From positions 1-47,592 of the forward strand of contig MFRV01000004.1 of assembly GCA_001784695.1 (NCBI GenBank): 47,592 bases of DNA, written 5' to 3'. This DNA comes from Candidatus Moranbacteria bacterium RIFCSPHIGHO2_01_FULL_54_31. GTDB lineage: Bacteria > Patescibacteriota > Minisyncoccia > Moranbacterales > UBA1568. Both the position numbers and the translations under genes were made by a program. Shown piece after piece: positions 30,438 to 39,922 of the stretch. Each line of letters starts with the position of its first letter. Position 1 is the stretch's first letter. The notes beneath the pieces are model-generated. The model was not told where the DNA came from. It worked only from the letters and a program-made list of their open reading frames with translations, and did no database searches.

Positions 30438-31088
30438 ATGAAAAAATTTCTCATCCTTATTGCGGCAGCGATTATCGTGATCGGCGGAGCGCTGTTTCTG
30501 ACCCTGAAAAAGGATGCTCCTGCGCTGCCGGCGAAGAAAACCGCGACTCTTCCGGATAAAACAACGGCGCCCCAGGGTATGCAGGAAGAAAAAAACTCGG
30601 TGGCGAATCTGCTCAAAGACGCGATGGGACTCGGCAAGAAAATGCGGTGTATGTATACTGTCGCTGGCAGCGGAGATGCGGCAGTGACTTCGACGGTGTA
30701 TGTCGACGGTACGACATTCAAATCAGAAATAGAGATCGGCACCCTGAAAAAATACGTGCTGGTCGACGATGAGAATCAGTATTCCTGGGACACTGCTACG
30801 AAGGAGGGCTTCAAGGTAAGCAAAGCGTGCCTCAAGAGCCTGCAGGCTGCTGCTCCGTCAGGTACGCCGCAGGTGAACGATATCGATCAGTTCGACATCA
30901 CGCCCGGGGATAATCCGGCGAGCTCCGCGGTTGCAGACAATGCGAAATGCGAGGCTGCGCCATCTGCAGACTTTTCGCTCCCGACCGATGTGACATTCAC
31001 GGATCAGTGCGAGATGATGCAGCAAAGCGCACAGATGATAGAGCGGACGAAAGAGACGCTGCCAGCCGGCACCCCGGCCGGGTACTGA
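30438..31088 (+). CDS. Membrane-anchored hypothetical protein, paralog A
   Basis: N-terminal TM; 4 Cys; aligns with the next gene. Confidence 0.8.
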   Translation: MKKFLILIAAAIIVIGGALFLTLKKDAPALPAKKTATLPDKTTAPQGMQEEKNSVANLLKDAMGLGKKMRCMYTVAGSGDAAVTSTVYVDGTTFKSEIEIGTLKKYVLVDDENQYSWDTATKEGFKVSKACLKSLQAAAPSGTPQVNDIDQFDITPGDNPASSAVADNAKCEAAPSADFSLPTDVTFTDQCEMMQQSAQMIERTKETLPAGTPAGY

Positions 31089-31143
31089 AGTATCGTGCAA
31101 AAAGTGATATACTGGAAGCGTATAAATAATATATCCACGACAT

Positions 31144-31749
31144 ATGAAAAAGCTTGTGCCTATCGTGCTGGCGCTCATCGTTCTCGCGGGAGCTGGGTGG
31201 TATCTGATGCAGAAAAGGGGCGGGTCACAGGTGTCAGAGAAAAGCGGCGATGCGCTTTCTGAGACAGCGACCTCCGGCGTCATCGGTTCTATCAAGGACG
31301 CTATGGGAGTCGGGAAGAAGATGAAATGCACGTATGCCTTGGCGGATGGCAGCGGCGCCTCATCGACGGTTTTCGTCGATGGGCAGAAATTCAAATTCAC
31401 TTCTGAAATGAATGGAGAAACGGTGTACGGCCTGTTCGATGGAGAGACGCAGTATACCTGGACCACCGGCGCAAAGAAGCAGGGCTGGAAGATGGTCGCA
31501 TCCTGTATGGAAGCACTGGGGCAGCAAGCCGCGCAAATGACAGCTGGGGATAGCACGGCGCCGCAGAATGTCCAGGAATCACTCGATACCGCCCAGGATG
31601 TGCAGTGCGAAGCGGCAGCCAGCGAAGATTTCTCGGTTCCGACCGATATCGAGTTCGTCGATCAGTGCGAGATGATCAAGAAGACTATGGAAACCCTCGA
31701 AGATTTCAAGGGGCAATTGCCCGACGGTGTGGACATCCCCGGGTACTAG
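31144..31749 (+). CDS. Membrane-anchored hypothetical protein, paralog B
   Basis: Shares KDAMG.GKKM.C.Y and DFS.PTD..F.DQCEM with the previous gene. Confidence 0.8.
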   Translation: MKKLVPIVLALIVLAGAGWYLMQKRGGSQVSEKSGDALSETATSGVIGSIKDAMGVGKKMKCTYALADGSGASSTVFVDGQKFKFTSEMNGETVYGLFDGETQYTWTTGAKKQGWKMVASCMEALGQQAAQMTAGDSTAPQNVQESLDTAQDVQCEAAASEDFSVPTDIEFVDQCEMIKKTMETLEDFKGQLPDGVDIPGY

Positions 31750-31777
31750 CTCTTGTATCTGACGGATACAAATAAAA

Positions 31778-31807
31778 AAAACCGCTCCGATATGCCGGAG
31801 CGGTTTT
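31778..31807. terminator. Bidirectional terminator
   Basis: AAAACCGCTCCG/CGGAGCGGTTTT between convergent CDS and tRNA-Ser. Confidence 0.8.
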
Positions 31808-31811
31808 GTTA

Positions 31812-31901
31812 TGGCGGAAGCGGGAGGATTCGAACCTCCGATACCGTTGCCGGTATGCCGCTTTTCGAGAGCGGTGCCTTCAACCACTCGGCCACGCTTC
31901 C
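31812..31901 (-). tRNA. tRNA-Ser(CGA), CCA encoded
   Basis: GGAAGCG/CGCTTCC acceptor, CCGCT-CTCGAAA-AGCGG anticodon arm, long variable arm, ends GCCA. Confidence 0.97.
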
Positions 31902-31943
31902 ATACGGTCAGTTGGTGCTGACGAAAAAACTGTTATCCTGCCA

Positions 31944-32137
31944 CTTTCTTGTTGTACAGGAAAACAGCTTCGGAATCAACCCCGCACTCACTTTCGTTAA
32001 GTTTTTTGCTTCCACTTATTGATCAAGCGTTCTATTGATGAGGTACTCTTATACAAAGACTGTGCGAATACTCAAAATCGAACGGAAGTGAGTGTGGGGC
32101 TGCTTTGATTCCCAGCCTTTTTGGTGTACAATGGAAG
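31944..32137 (+). ncRNA. Candidate rod-shaped ncRNA (6S-like)
   Basis: ~190-nt end-to-end pairing with G-U wobbles on the + strand; TGnTATCCT -10-like element upstream. Confidence 0.4.
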
Positions 32138-32173
32138 CGTTATCAAGACAAAAGAAACATTAAACTTCTTCCT

Positions 32174-32719
32174 ATGGATGCTCCATTGGCGCTGACGTTT
32201 GCCGACCCGTCCGCTATCGTGAATCAATTGAATGTCGAGCTTGGCAGCAAGGTCGCGGATTTCGGATGCGGCTCGGGATTTTTCTCTTTCGAATTCGCGA
32301 AACAAATCGGTGCGGAAGGGGTAGTGTATGCGTTCGACGTGATGCCATCGGCTCTCGAAGCAGTCGCCAGCCGTGCCAAGACGCTCAATCTCGGCAATAT
32401 CACCACCAAACGCGCCAATCTCGAACAGGCGAACGGGTCGGGCTTGGAACCGCAGAGTATGGACTGGGTGGTCATCAAAGACATCCTGTTCCAGAACAAG
32501 GACAAAGACATCATCTTGCGCGAAGTCTCGCGCGTTCTCAAGCCCGGCGGGCACGCCATTCTGATGGAATGGAATCCCAAGGAAACGCTCGTGGGTCCGG
32601 ATGCGTCACTTCGCGTCAGTCCCGAGCAACTCCGCGTATTGGTCGAGGCGGTCGATCTGGCCGTCGAGAAAGAGCTCAATGTCGGCGGGTTCCACTATGC
32701 TTTCCTGGTGAAAAAATAA
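32174..32719 (+). CDS. Class I SAM-dependent methyltransferase
   Basis: VADFGCGSG, VYAFDV, RVLKPGG. Confidence 0.9.
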   Translation: MDAPLALTFADPSAIVNQLNVELGSKVADFGCGSGFFSFEFAKQIGAEGVVYAFDVMPSALEAVASRAKTLNLGNITTKRANLEQANGSGLEPQSMDWVVIKDILFQNKDKDIILREVSRVLKPGGHAILMEWNPKETLVGPDASLRVSPEQLRVLVEAVDLAVEKELNVGGFHYAFLVKK

Positions 32720-32729
32720 TCCTGCTATG

Positions 32730-32857
32730 CCCGGTAGTAGAACTTCGAAAATATTTCTCTTCGCAACAGCCTAGTACACGGATTTAGCGCGTAGTCTCAT
32801 CAGCCAAGCATAATAATTTTTTTCCAACAACTTCGTATTCGAAGTTTCACTACCGGG
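32730..32857. mobile_element. 128-bp MITE-like element
   Basis: 20-bp TIRs (18/20 match) CCCGGTAGTAGAACTTCGAA / TTCGAAGTTTCACTACCGGG; TATG on both flanks. Confidence 0.72.
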
Positions 32858-32858
32858 T

Positions 32859-34283
32859 ATGCGATTTTTTTCGAAAAAGAAAATTCTCTCTTTGGCGTCG
32901 GTCGTGTTCGGTGCTCTTTTACTGTCCGGCTGCGGTTTCAAAAGCGCGCCGCCGGAAACGTATCAGGTGAAGCTCGAGATGTGGGGGATATTCGATGACA
33001 GCGATGCCTACACGGAGGTTTTCAATGAATACCGGAGGCTCAATCCCTATGTCGGCGAGATCGTTTATCGCAAGCTGCCGATAGAGACATATAAGGAAGA
33101 CCTTCTGAACGCGCTCGCGGCCGGCAAGGGGCCGGATATCTTTATGATCCGCAATGCGTGGCGTGGCGCGTTCGAAGACAAGATCGCTCCGGCACCGGAC
33201 ACGATGGTGACCGAGAAGCAATACCGGGATGCGTTCGTCGATGTCGTGGCGTCCGATTTCATCGGTACGGAGAACAAGATCTACGGCGTGCCGCTGTCCG
33301 CGGATTCATTGGCCCTCTATTACAACAAGGATCTCTTCAATGCGGCCGGTATTGCAGAGCCGCCCGCGACCTGGGAGGAGCTGCTCGACGACCTGCACAA
33401 GCTCAACCGTATCGATCAGTTCGGCAATCTCACTCAGTCCGCCGCGGCGCTCGGTACGGCCTACAATATCAATCGTTCCACGGACATCCTGACGGCGCTC
33501 TTGCTGCAGATGGGGTCGGGTATCGGGCAAGCAGGACAAGGGCGCGCCGATTTCACCGATAGGAACAGCACCAGAGCCCTGGAGTTCTATACCCAGTTTG
33601 CGAACATCGGTTCCGGGTTCTATTCCTGGAATCCGCGCCTGCACTATTCTATCGATGCGTTCTATGAAGGTACGCTTGGGATGATGGTGAATTATTCCTG
33701 GCAGTATGCGACGATCAAGCAGAAGAATGCCAAGCTCAATTTCGGCGTAGCGCCTCTGCCGCAGTTTGCCGGCTCCGCGCCGGTGAATGTCGCCAATTAT
33801 TGGGGCTTCGCCGTCGCGAAGAATAAGGCCACCGAAGATCCGGCTGCGTCGGCAGGGCAGACGGCGACTGTGGCAGCCGATCCGGTGAAGCAGAATACGC
33901 TCCGCGTGCACGAAGCCTGGCAGCTGCTCAGTTACCTGGCGTTCCCGCATCCGAGAAACACGATCACGCTGGTGAATGGTCTCGCGGGCACTTCCAAGGA
34001 TTTCCCTCTCAGTTTCGATCCGACGAAGAAATATCTCGACAAGACGAGCAAGCCGGCCGCGCGCCGCGACCTGATCGAGGCGCAGAAGAGCGATGTGAGG
34101 CTGGCGCCTTTTGCGGCGGGCAATCTCATCGCGCGCAACTGGTATCAGGGCAATCCGGAGGGAGTCGAGACGATTTTCGCGGAAGCGATCAACGCGGTAA
34201 ATACCGGAGAAAAAAGCGCGTATGATGCCCTGATGACAGCGGAAAACCGTGTCAATGTGCTCGACCGCGGAGCTCCTCGTTGA
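32859..34283 (+). CDS. Extracellular solute-binding lipoprotein (sugar-binding family)
   Basis: Lipobox LSGC; GPDIF, YGVPLS.DSLALYYNKDLF, PPATWEEL. Confidence 0.9.
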   Translation: MRFFSKKKILSLASVVFGALLLSGCGFKSAPPETYQVKLEMWGIFDDSDAYTEVFNEYRRLNPYVGEIVYRKLPIETYKEDLLNALAAGKGPDIFMIRNAWRGAFEDKIAPAPDTMVTEKQYRDAFVDVVASDFIGTENKIYGVPLSADSLALYYNKDLFNAAGIAEPPATWEELLDDLHKLNRIDQFGNLTQSAAALGTAYNINRSTDILTALLLQMGSGIGQAGQGRADFTDRNSTRALEFYTQFANIGSGFYSWNPRLHYSIDAFYEGTLGMMVNYSWQYATIKQKNAKLNFGVAPLPQFAGSAPVNVANYWGFAVAKNKATEDPAASAGQTATVAADPVKQNTLRVHEAWQLLSYLAFPHPRNTITLVNGLAGTSKDFPLSFDPTKKYLDKTSKPAARRDLIEAQKSDVRLAPFAAGNLIARNWYQGNPEGVETIFAEAINAVNTGEKSAYDALMTAENRVNVLDRGAPR

Positions 34284-34387
34284 CCCTGCTTCGTGCAAGA
34301 TTGACAAAGCCGCGCCGATGAGGTACAGTGCAGAAGCATTCCAAGGCGTTGAGACGCCTTTTTTCAATGATACAATTTTTTGTCCGT

Positions 34388-36175
34388 ATGGAAATCAGAA
34401 ACATCGCCATTATCGCGCACGTTGACCACGGCAAGACGACCTTGACGGATGCTTTGATGCGCCAGACAGGGATGGTGGCCGCTGATGGGGCATCGATGGA
34501 CTCCAACGCCCTCGAACTCGAGCGCGGCATTACGATCTATGCCAAGAACGCCTCCTTGTTCTGGAAAGAGACGAAAATCAACATCGTCGATACCCCCGGA
34601 CACGCTGATTTCGGCTCGGAAGTGGAGCGCGTCCTGCGTTCGATCGATAGCGTCGTGCTGGTCGTCGATGCGCAGGAGGGTCCGATGCCCCAGACGCGTT
34701 TCGTCCTGAAGAAGTCTCTCGAACTCGGCCTGAAACCGATCGTAGTGTTGAACAAGATCGACAAGCCGGCCGCCCGCCCGAAGGAAGTGGAAGAGATGGT
34801 CTACGAGCTGTTCCTGGATCTGGGTGCCAGCGATGAGCAGCTGGATTTCAAAGTCGTCTATGCGATCGCCCGCGAAGGCATCGCCAAGCTTGCTCTCGCA
34901 GATGAAAGCAAAGACCTCTCGCCGCTTCTCGATACGATCCTGGAGCGCGTACCGGTCGCCAAGAATGATACCGAGAGCCCGCTTCGCGCGCAGCCGTTCA
35001 ATCTCGGCTATGATAATTTCGTCGGACGGATGGCCATCGCTCGCGTGTATGAGGGGAAGCTCAAGGTGAATGACACGGTCATTATGCGCAACATCGATGG
35101 TAAGAACGAGACCGGCCGCGTCGTCAAGCTTTTCACCTTCCGCGGTTTGGAGCGCGTGGAAGCCGCTCACGTCGAGGCGGGGGATATCGTGATGATCGCC
35201 GGACTGACGACGATCGATATCGGCGATACGATCTGCGCCACTCCCGAACAGGAGCTTCTGCCCGCGATTGCGATCGATGAGCCGACGATTTCTCTCGAGT
35301 TTGTCGTGAATGATTCTCCGTTTGCCGGCCGCGAGGGCAAGTACGTGACGAACAAGCAGCTTCGCGAGCGTCTGCAGAAAGAACTGGAAATCAACGTCGG
35401 CTTGAAGATCGATTTTTCCGATGATCATTATAAGGTCTATGGCCGCGGCGAGCTGCATGTGGCGATTCTGCTCGAGAATATGCGCCGCGAAGGCTACGAG
35501 GTCCAGGTGTCGCAGCCGCAGGTTATCATCAAGGAGATCGACGGCGTGAAATCCGAGCCGTTCGAAGAAGTGACGGTCGAATGCCCGATGGAAGTGTCCG
35601 GTACCGTCATCGAGAAGATGGGCAAGCGCAAGGGCATTATGATGGAAATGAAAGAGGGTTCCGGCGGCTACACGCGGCTTATCTTCGAAGTGCCGACTCG
35701 GGGGCTGCTCGGCTATCGTGGCGAGTTTATGGTGGATACGCGCGGCGAAGGGACGCTCTATACGCGCGTGATCGGCTTCCGCCCCTATGTCGGTGAGATC
35801 AGGAAGCGCGATGCCGGATCGATGGTGTCGATGGCGACGGGCAAGGCGCTCGCGTTCTCGCTCAACAATCTCCAGGAACGCGGGACGCTCTATATCGCTC
35901 CGAGCACCGAAGTCTATGAGGGGATGGTCGTGGGCAACGTGACCAAGGGTACCGATATGGCCGTCAATCCGATCAAGGGCAAGGCGATGAGCAATATGCG
36001 CTCCTCCGGCGCCGATGAAGCGATCAAGCTGGTCCCGCCACTCGAGATCTCTATCGAACGCGGGCTGGAAATAATGCTTGGCGACGAATATCTGGAAATC
36101 ACTCCGCACAATGTCCGCCTGCGCAAGCAGTTCCTGACAGAAACCGACCGGACCCGCGCGGGACGCAAGAAATGA
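34388..36175 (+). CDS. typA: Translational GTPase TypA/BipA
   Basis: [47 protein letters not shown]. Confidence 0.97.
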   Translation: MEIRNIAIIAHVDHGKTTLTDALMRQTGMVAADGASMDSNALELERGITIYAKNASLFWKETKINIVDTPGHADFGSEVERVLRSIDSVVLVVDAQEGPMPQTRFVLKKSLELGLKPIVVLNKIDKPAARPKEVEEMVYELFLDLGASDEQLDFKVVYAIAREGIAKLALADESKDLSPLLDTILERVPVAKNDTESPLRAQPFNLGYDNFVGRMAIARVYEGKLKVNDTVIMRNIDGKNETGRVVKLFTFRGLERVEAAHVEAGDIVMIAGLTTIDIGDTICATPEQELLPAIAIDEPTISLEFVVNDSPFAGREGKYVTNKQLRERLQKELEINVGLKIDFSDDHYKVYGRGELHVAILLENMRREGYEVQVSQPQVIIKEIDGVKSEPFEEVTVECPMEVSGTVIEKMGKRKGIMMEMKEGSGGYTRLIFEVPTRGLLGYRGEFMVDTRGEGTLYTRVIGFRPYVGEIRKRDAGSMVSMATGKALAFSLNNLQERGTLYIAPSTEVYEGMVVGNVTKGTDMAVNPIKGKAMSNMRSSGADEAIKLVPPLEISIERGLEIMLGDEYLEITPHNVRLRKQFLTETDRTRAGRKK

Positions 36176-36227
36176 TTCCGCTCTGAGCGGAATCATCCTG
36201 ATCCGCCAGCCGGCGGACGAAGGATCT
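36172..36227. repeat. REP-like palindrome cluster
   Basis: ATGATTCCGCTC-t-GAGCGGAATCAT over the typA stop, then ATCCTGA-TCCGCCAGCCGGCGGA-CGAAGGAT. Confidence 0.65.
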
Positions 36228-36229
36228 GG

Positions 36230-36262
36230 AAAAAATCACCCATGTTACGGGGTGATTTTTTT
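36230..36262. terminator. Bidirectional terminator
   Basis: AAAAAATCACCC/GGGTGATTTTTT between convergent genes. Confidence 0.75.
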
Positions 36263-36263
36263 A

Positions 36264-38027
36264 TCATTCGCCGGCGTACGAGACAGTCGCTCTGTCGACC
36301 TCTCTGCCCAGCCGCACCGCTTTCGCGGGGTATCCGCTCCTGAAACGTATGTCGCTCGAGCGGCTTCCTTCGATGAGCACGAACGGCCGATACGTCGGGG
36401 GATGTTCAAGGGCGCTGAAAACGGCGTTCTGGACATTGCTCGCAGAGATCAGCGGTCTCTGGCGCGTCTGGATATCGGCATTCTCGAACCGTATGCCGTT
36501 GACATCCTGCAGGACGATGCTTCGTTCGGATCGCATCCGGATATTCTTGAAGGAGAGATTCTGGATAGGACTGTTCGTAGCCCCGATGATCGAGATCGCG
36601 GTGTCCGCCTGCAGGCACTCGATATCCTTGAAAAAGAAATTCCGGAACAGCGGCAGATTCGCTGTCGTCGGTCTGATGAGGTTTTTGGAATCGTAGGATG
36701 CATCGATCTGGATGGCTTCGGCTTGGATATTTTTCATCGCGATATCTTCTGCCCAGACATTTTCGACGATGCCGCCGCGTCCCGGAGCCGATTTTACCCG
36801 TAGGCCTCTTTTGGTGCCATCGAAATCGCAGCGGGATACGAAGACGTTCCGCACATCGCCAGACATCTCGCTCCCGATGGCGATGCCGCTGTTCCCGCGC
36901 CCGATGGAGCAATCGCGGATGACGATATTTTCAGATGGCTTCCCGACGCGTTGGCCTCCTCTGTCGAGGCCTGATTTGATGACGATGGCGTCGTCCGAGG
37001 TGTCGAGCCGGACATTTTCGATGAGGGCGTTCCGCGAGGAATCGATGACGATGCCGTCGTTGTTCGGTCCTTCTGTGGTCACGGTGACGCCCTGGATGAG
37101 GATAGTGTCGGAATATATTGGATGGATGGTCCACATCGGGCCGTTCTTGATGGTGAATCCCGTGAGCTCGATGCGCGTGCAATTCACGAATTGGACGAAT
37201 GACGGTCGGAGTCCGGCGGCCTCGGTACCGAAGACGCGCTCTTCCGTCGGGATGTTTATGTCTGACATCCTATACAGTTTCTTGACGGCTGCCAGCTGCC
37301 GCTTTTGCCAACTCCACCATGCCTCGCCTCTCCCGTTGAGCGTGCCCTTGCCGGTTATCGCGATATCGTGGCAATCGCGCGCATAGATGAGCGGGGAATA
37401 GTTGTAGTACTCCATTCCCTCATAGCGCGAGAAGACGACGGGCAGATAATCGCTGAATGTCTGGCTGAAGAGCACTTCTGCTCCTTCGGCGATATCGAGG
37501 CGGATGTTGCTCTGCAGGCGGATCGGTCCGGTCAGCCATTTTCCGGCTGGGATAGCCACGGTCCCTCCGCCCTGTCTTGCGCAGTCGTCGATAGCGATGG
37601 CGATAGCCTGGGTATTGGAGGTTTCGCCATCGTTTATGGCGCCATACTGATCAATCGAGCAGGTCCGGTCGGGGAAAATGAAGAGCTGGACGGGCGGCAT
37701 AGCGAATGGCAGAGAGAGCGTTTCCCATTCCTGAGAGAAAGCGAGCGGCCGCTCGGCTTCGGGAATATCAGCTCGCTTGAGAGAGTCTCTGACCCGGATG
37801 CTTGAGAGGGTAATGACGAGAATTGCGACGAGTATCACGAGTGTTCTCTTTTGTTCTGACATCTTGTGAGGCAAGCGGAAATGAGAGAAGCGTTTTCTGA
37901 AGCTCTGTATACATAATGCCGCGCGGCCGATCATCTGTCTGATCGAGCGTGTCCCGCTCCCGCGCACTTGTCGAGCGAAGTCCGCTATACGGGCGATTAT
38001 CCATGCTAGGCGGCGGTTTTTCTGCAT
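36264..38027 (-). CDS. Membrane-anchored GH28 polygalacturonase-like beta-helix protein
   Basis: GKWLTGPIRLQS, RPSFVQF, PMWTIHP, NNDG, DDAIVIKSG, IGSEMSG, RVKS; alternative start 37862. Confidence 0.88.
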   Translation of the reverse strand: MQKNRRLAWIIARIADFARQVRGSGTRSIRQMIGRAALCIQSFRKRFSHFRLPHKMSEQKRTLVILVAILVITLSSIRVRDSLKRADIPEAERPLAFSQEWETLSLPFAMPPVQLFIFPDRTCSIDQYGAINDGETSNTQAIAIAIDDCARQGGGTVAIPAGKWLTGPIRLQSNIRLDIAEGAEVLFSQTFSDYLPVVFSRYEGMEYYNYSPLIYARDCHDIAITGKGTLNGRGEAWWSWQKRQLAAVKKLYRMSDINIPTEERVFGTEAAGLRPSFVQFVNCTRIELTGFTIKNGPMWTIHPIYSDTILIQGVTVTTEGPNNDGIVIDSSRNALIENVRLDTSDDAIVIKSGLDRGGQRVGKPSENIVIRDCSIGRGNSGIAIGSEMSGDVRNVFVSRCDFDGTKRGLRVKSAPGRGGIVENVWAEDIAMKNIQAEAIQIDASYDSKNLIRPTTANLPLFRNFFFKDIECLQADTAISIIGATNSPIQNLSFKNIRMRSERSIVLQDVNGIRFENADIQTRQRPLISASNVQNAVFSALEHPPTYRPFVLIEGSRSSDIRFRSGYPAKAVRLGREVDRATVSYAGE

Positions 38028-38046
38028 AAAGCTTTCTTTGCGTTCA

Positions 38047-39858
38047 TTATTTCTCCACTTTGACGACCTTCACGAAGTTCCCGGGCCGGTCATCGATCAG
38101 GAGCTGCCAGGCAGGATGCGGCGCGCCGTAATATCTGTACGCTGTGAGACCGGAGAGCCGCTCCCAGCGATCGGCGCGCGACATATAGCGCATCTGGCCG
38201 CGGCGGGTGAGGACGTAGTAGTCCGGCTGCACGAGGGCGGGATCGAAAGTGTAGGCAGAGAGGCAGCGGCCCACGAAAAATTCGCAGACCCCGTAATAGT
38301 CTATCCAGACGGTGAGGCGTTCGGCATCGGGCAGGCTGTTCAGGTATTGCGCCGCCTCGTAGCCGCCATAGCCCCAGGCATCATTGATGAGTGCGGATTT
38401 CGGCAGGAGGCTATTCGTATAATTGAAATAGAACGGCTGTATGGCGTATAGGCTCGCGAGCGATCCGAAGAATATGACGAGCGTGGCAGCGAGTTTCGCA
38501 TATGGCCAAGAAAATCGTTCCGTGATCTGCCAGACACCGCGCGCGGCGAGGAACGCGAAGAGCGGATAGAGGAGGATGCTGTAGCGCGGCGTCGCGAGGA
38601 CATTGGAAGAGATGAGGAGCACGGAGTAGACAAGGAAGAAAAAAAGGAGCGCATAGGCGAGAAAGGCATACTTCTTCTCTCTCGTGCCGAGAAAAGCGGC
38701 GAGCCCGAGCAGGACGATGGGCGTGAGCGAGAAGACAATCGGGTTCCATTCGAGGAGGAAGACTTCGAAGAAGTTCGGGATGTCGGTATGATAGCGGGCG
38801 TCGCTTATGTCCTTGATATCGAATGGTATCCGCGTGAAGATGTCCCAGTCGGGAAAGAAATTGCGGACGATGATCAGTGCTGCGAAGAGCGCGAGGAAGA
38901 AGAGCGGGAGGGCGCGCCGGGCGGGTGCGGCACGGAGACCGATCCGCCGCACTGTGAAGAGCAGTTTATTTTTCAATACGAAGAGATCAATGAGGAGGGG
39001 GACGAAGAGCCCGAGACCGATAGCAGCGAGCGCTTCTTTATCAGGCACGGTTTGGATGAGTTCGACGATGTATTTGGAGTCGAGAAAGAGCGCTGGTAGG
39101 AAGAGGAACAAGAGCACAACGGACGCGGCAGCGATACCTACGAGCCTGGAGAGGTCTTTTTTGAGGTGCTGCGTGAGCGATGCTGCGTCTGGCTCTTCCT
39201 CTGTGAGGAAGCGGAGCAGCGCGAGCGTCAGATAGAATGGCAAGAGAATGAAAGCGACGTATTTCGTGAGGAGCGCGAAGCCGGTGAAGAGTATGGTGAG
39301 CCAGAGATATTTTCTTTCCCCGGATGCGAGCAGCGCGAAGTACGAGAAGAGTGCTGCCGCCCCCAGCGACCAGAGGAGCGCGTCCGGATTGACGATCTGC
39401 GAGATGCCGAGGAGTATCGGGGAGAGCGCGGCGAGCATCACGGTCCAGAGCGCGATCCAGGGGTTCGTGAGCCGCCCGACGATCCAGAAGAGATATAGCA
39501 GCAACAGAGCATTCATCAGAAGAATAGGCAGACGGAACGCGCGGTACAGCGGCTCGGTGTTGCCGGTGTCGTAGATGAGCACCCGATCATAATTTTCGTA
39601 GAGGTGTTTTTTCGGGTGCGGCTCGAAAAGGAGTCCGATGCCCGAGGTCAGCGCAAGCGTGATGCCGGGCTTGTCATTGATGAAGGTCTTCTTCCATTTT
39701 CCGTTCGCCACGGCATCCCAGTACTGCGGGATGCGCTCATAGACCCAGTAGTGCTCGTCGGCGGTGACGAACTGGGTGAGGTGGCGCAGGCCGAAGAAAA
39801 AATAGCCCGCAAACACGAGACCGAGGAAGATGTATCTGATGCCGGTGGATGAGAACAT
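38047..39858 (-). CDS. GT-C (PMT/ArnT-like) membrane glycosyltransferase
   Basis: TADEHYW, DKPG, NPDA, LTKY, PRY; polytopic. Confidence 0.85.
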   Translation of the reverse strand: MFSSTGIRYIFLGLVFAGYFFFGLRHLTQFVTADEHYWVYERIPQYWDAVANGKWKKTFINDKPGITLALTSGIGLLFEPHPKKHLYENYDRVLIYDTGNTEPLYRAFRLPILLMNALLLLYLFWIVGRLTNPWIALWTVMLAALSPILLGISQIVNPDALLWSLGAAALFSYFALLASGERKYLWLTILFTGFALLTKYVAFILLPFYLTLALLRFLTEEEPDAASLTQHLKKDLSRLVGIAAASVVLLFLFLPALFLDSKYIVELIQTVPDKEALAAIGLGLFVPLLIDLFVLKNKLLFTVRRIGLRAAPARRALPLFFLALFAALIIVRNFFPDWDIFTRIPFDIKDISDARYHTDIPNFFEVFLLEWNPIVFSLTPIVLLGLAAFLGTREKKYAFLAYALLFFFLVYSVLLISSNVLATPRYSILLYPLFAFLAARGVWQITERFSWPYAKLAATLVIFFGSLASLYAIQPFYFNYTNSLLPKSALINDAWGYGGYEAAQYLNSLPDAERLTVWIDYYGVCEFFVGRCLSAYTFDPALVQPDYYVLTRRGQMRYMSRADRWERLSGLTAYRYYGAPHPAWQLLIDDRPGNFVKVVKVEK

Positions 39859-39922
39859 AGGGTTTCTTTAGCATACCAGCTGTGGTACTATTATGACAAA
39901 CAAAGCCCTGAAGATTACCCGT

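Noticed and set aside
26378..36196. Long antisense ORFs (e.g. 26378-27880, 28127-29806, 34364-36196; also 2666-4018, 4432-5577)
   Set aside because: Mirror frames of conserved genes, expected from GC-rich codon usage; no motifs.
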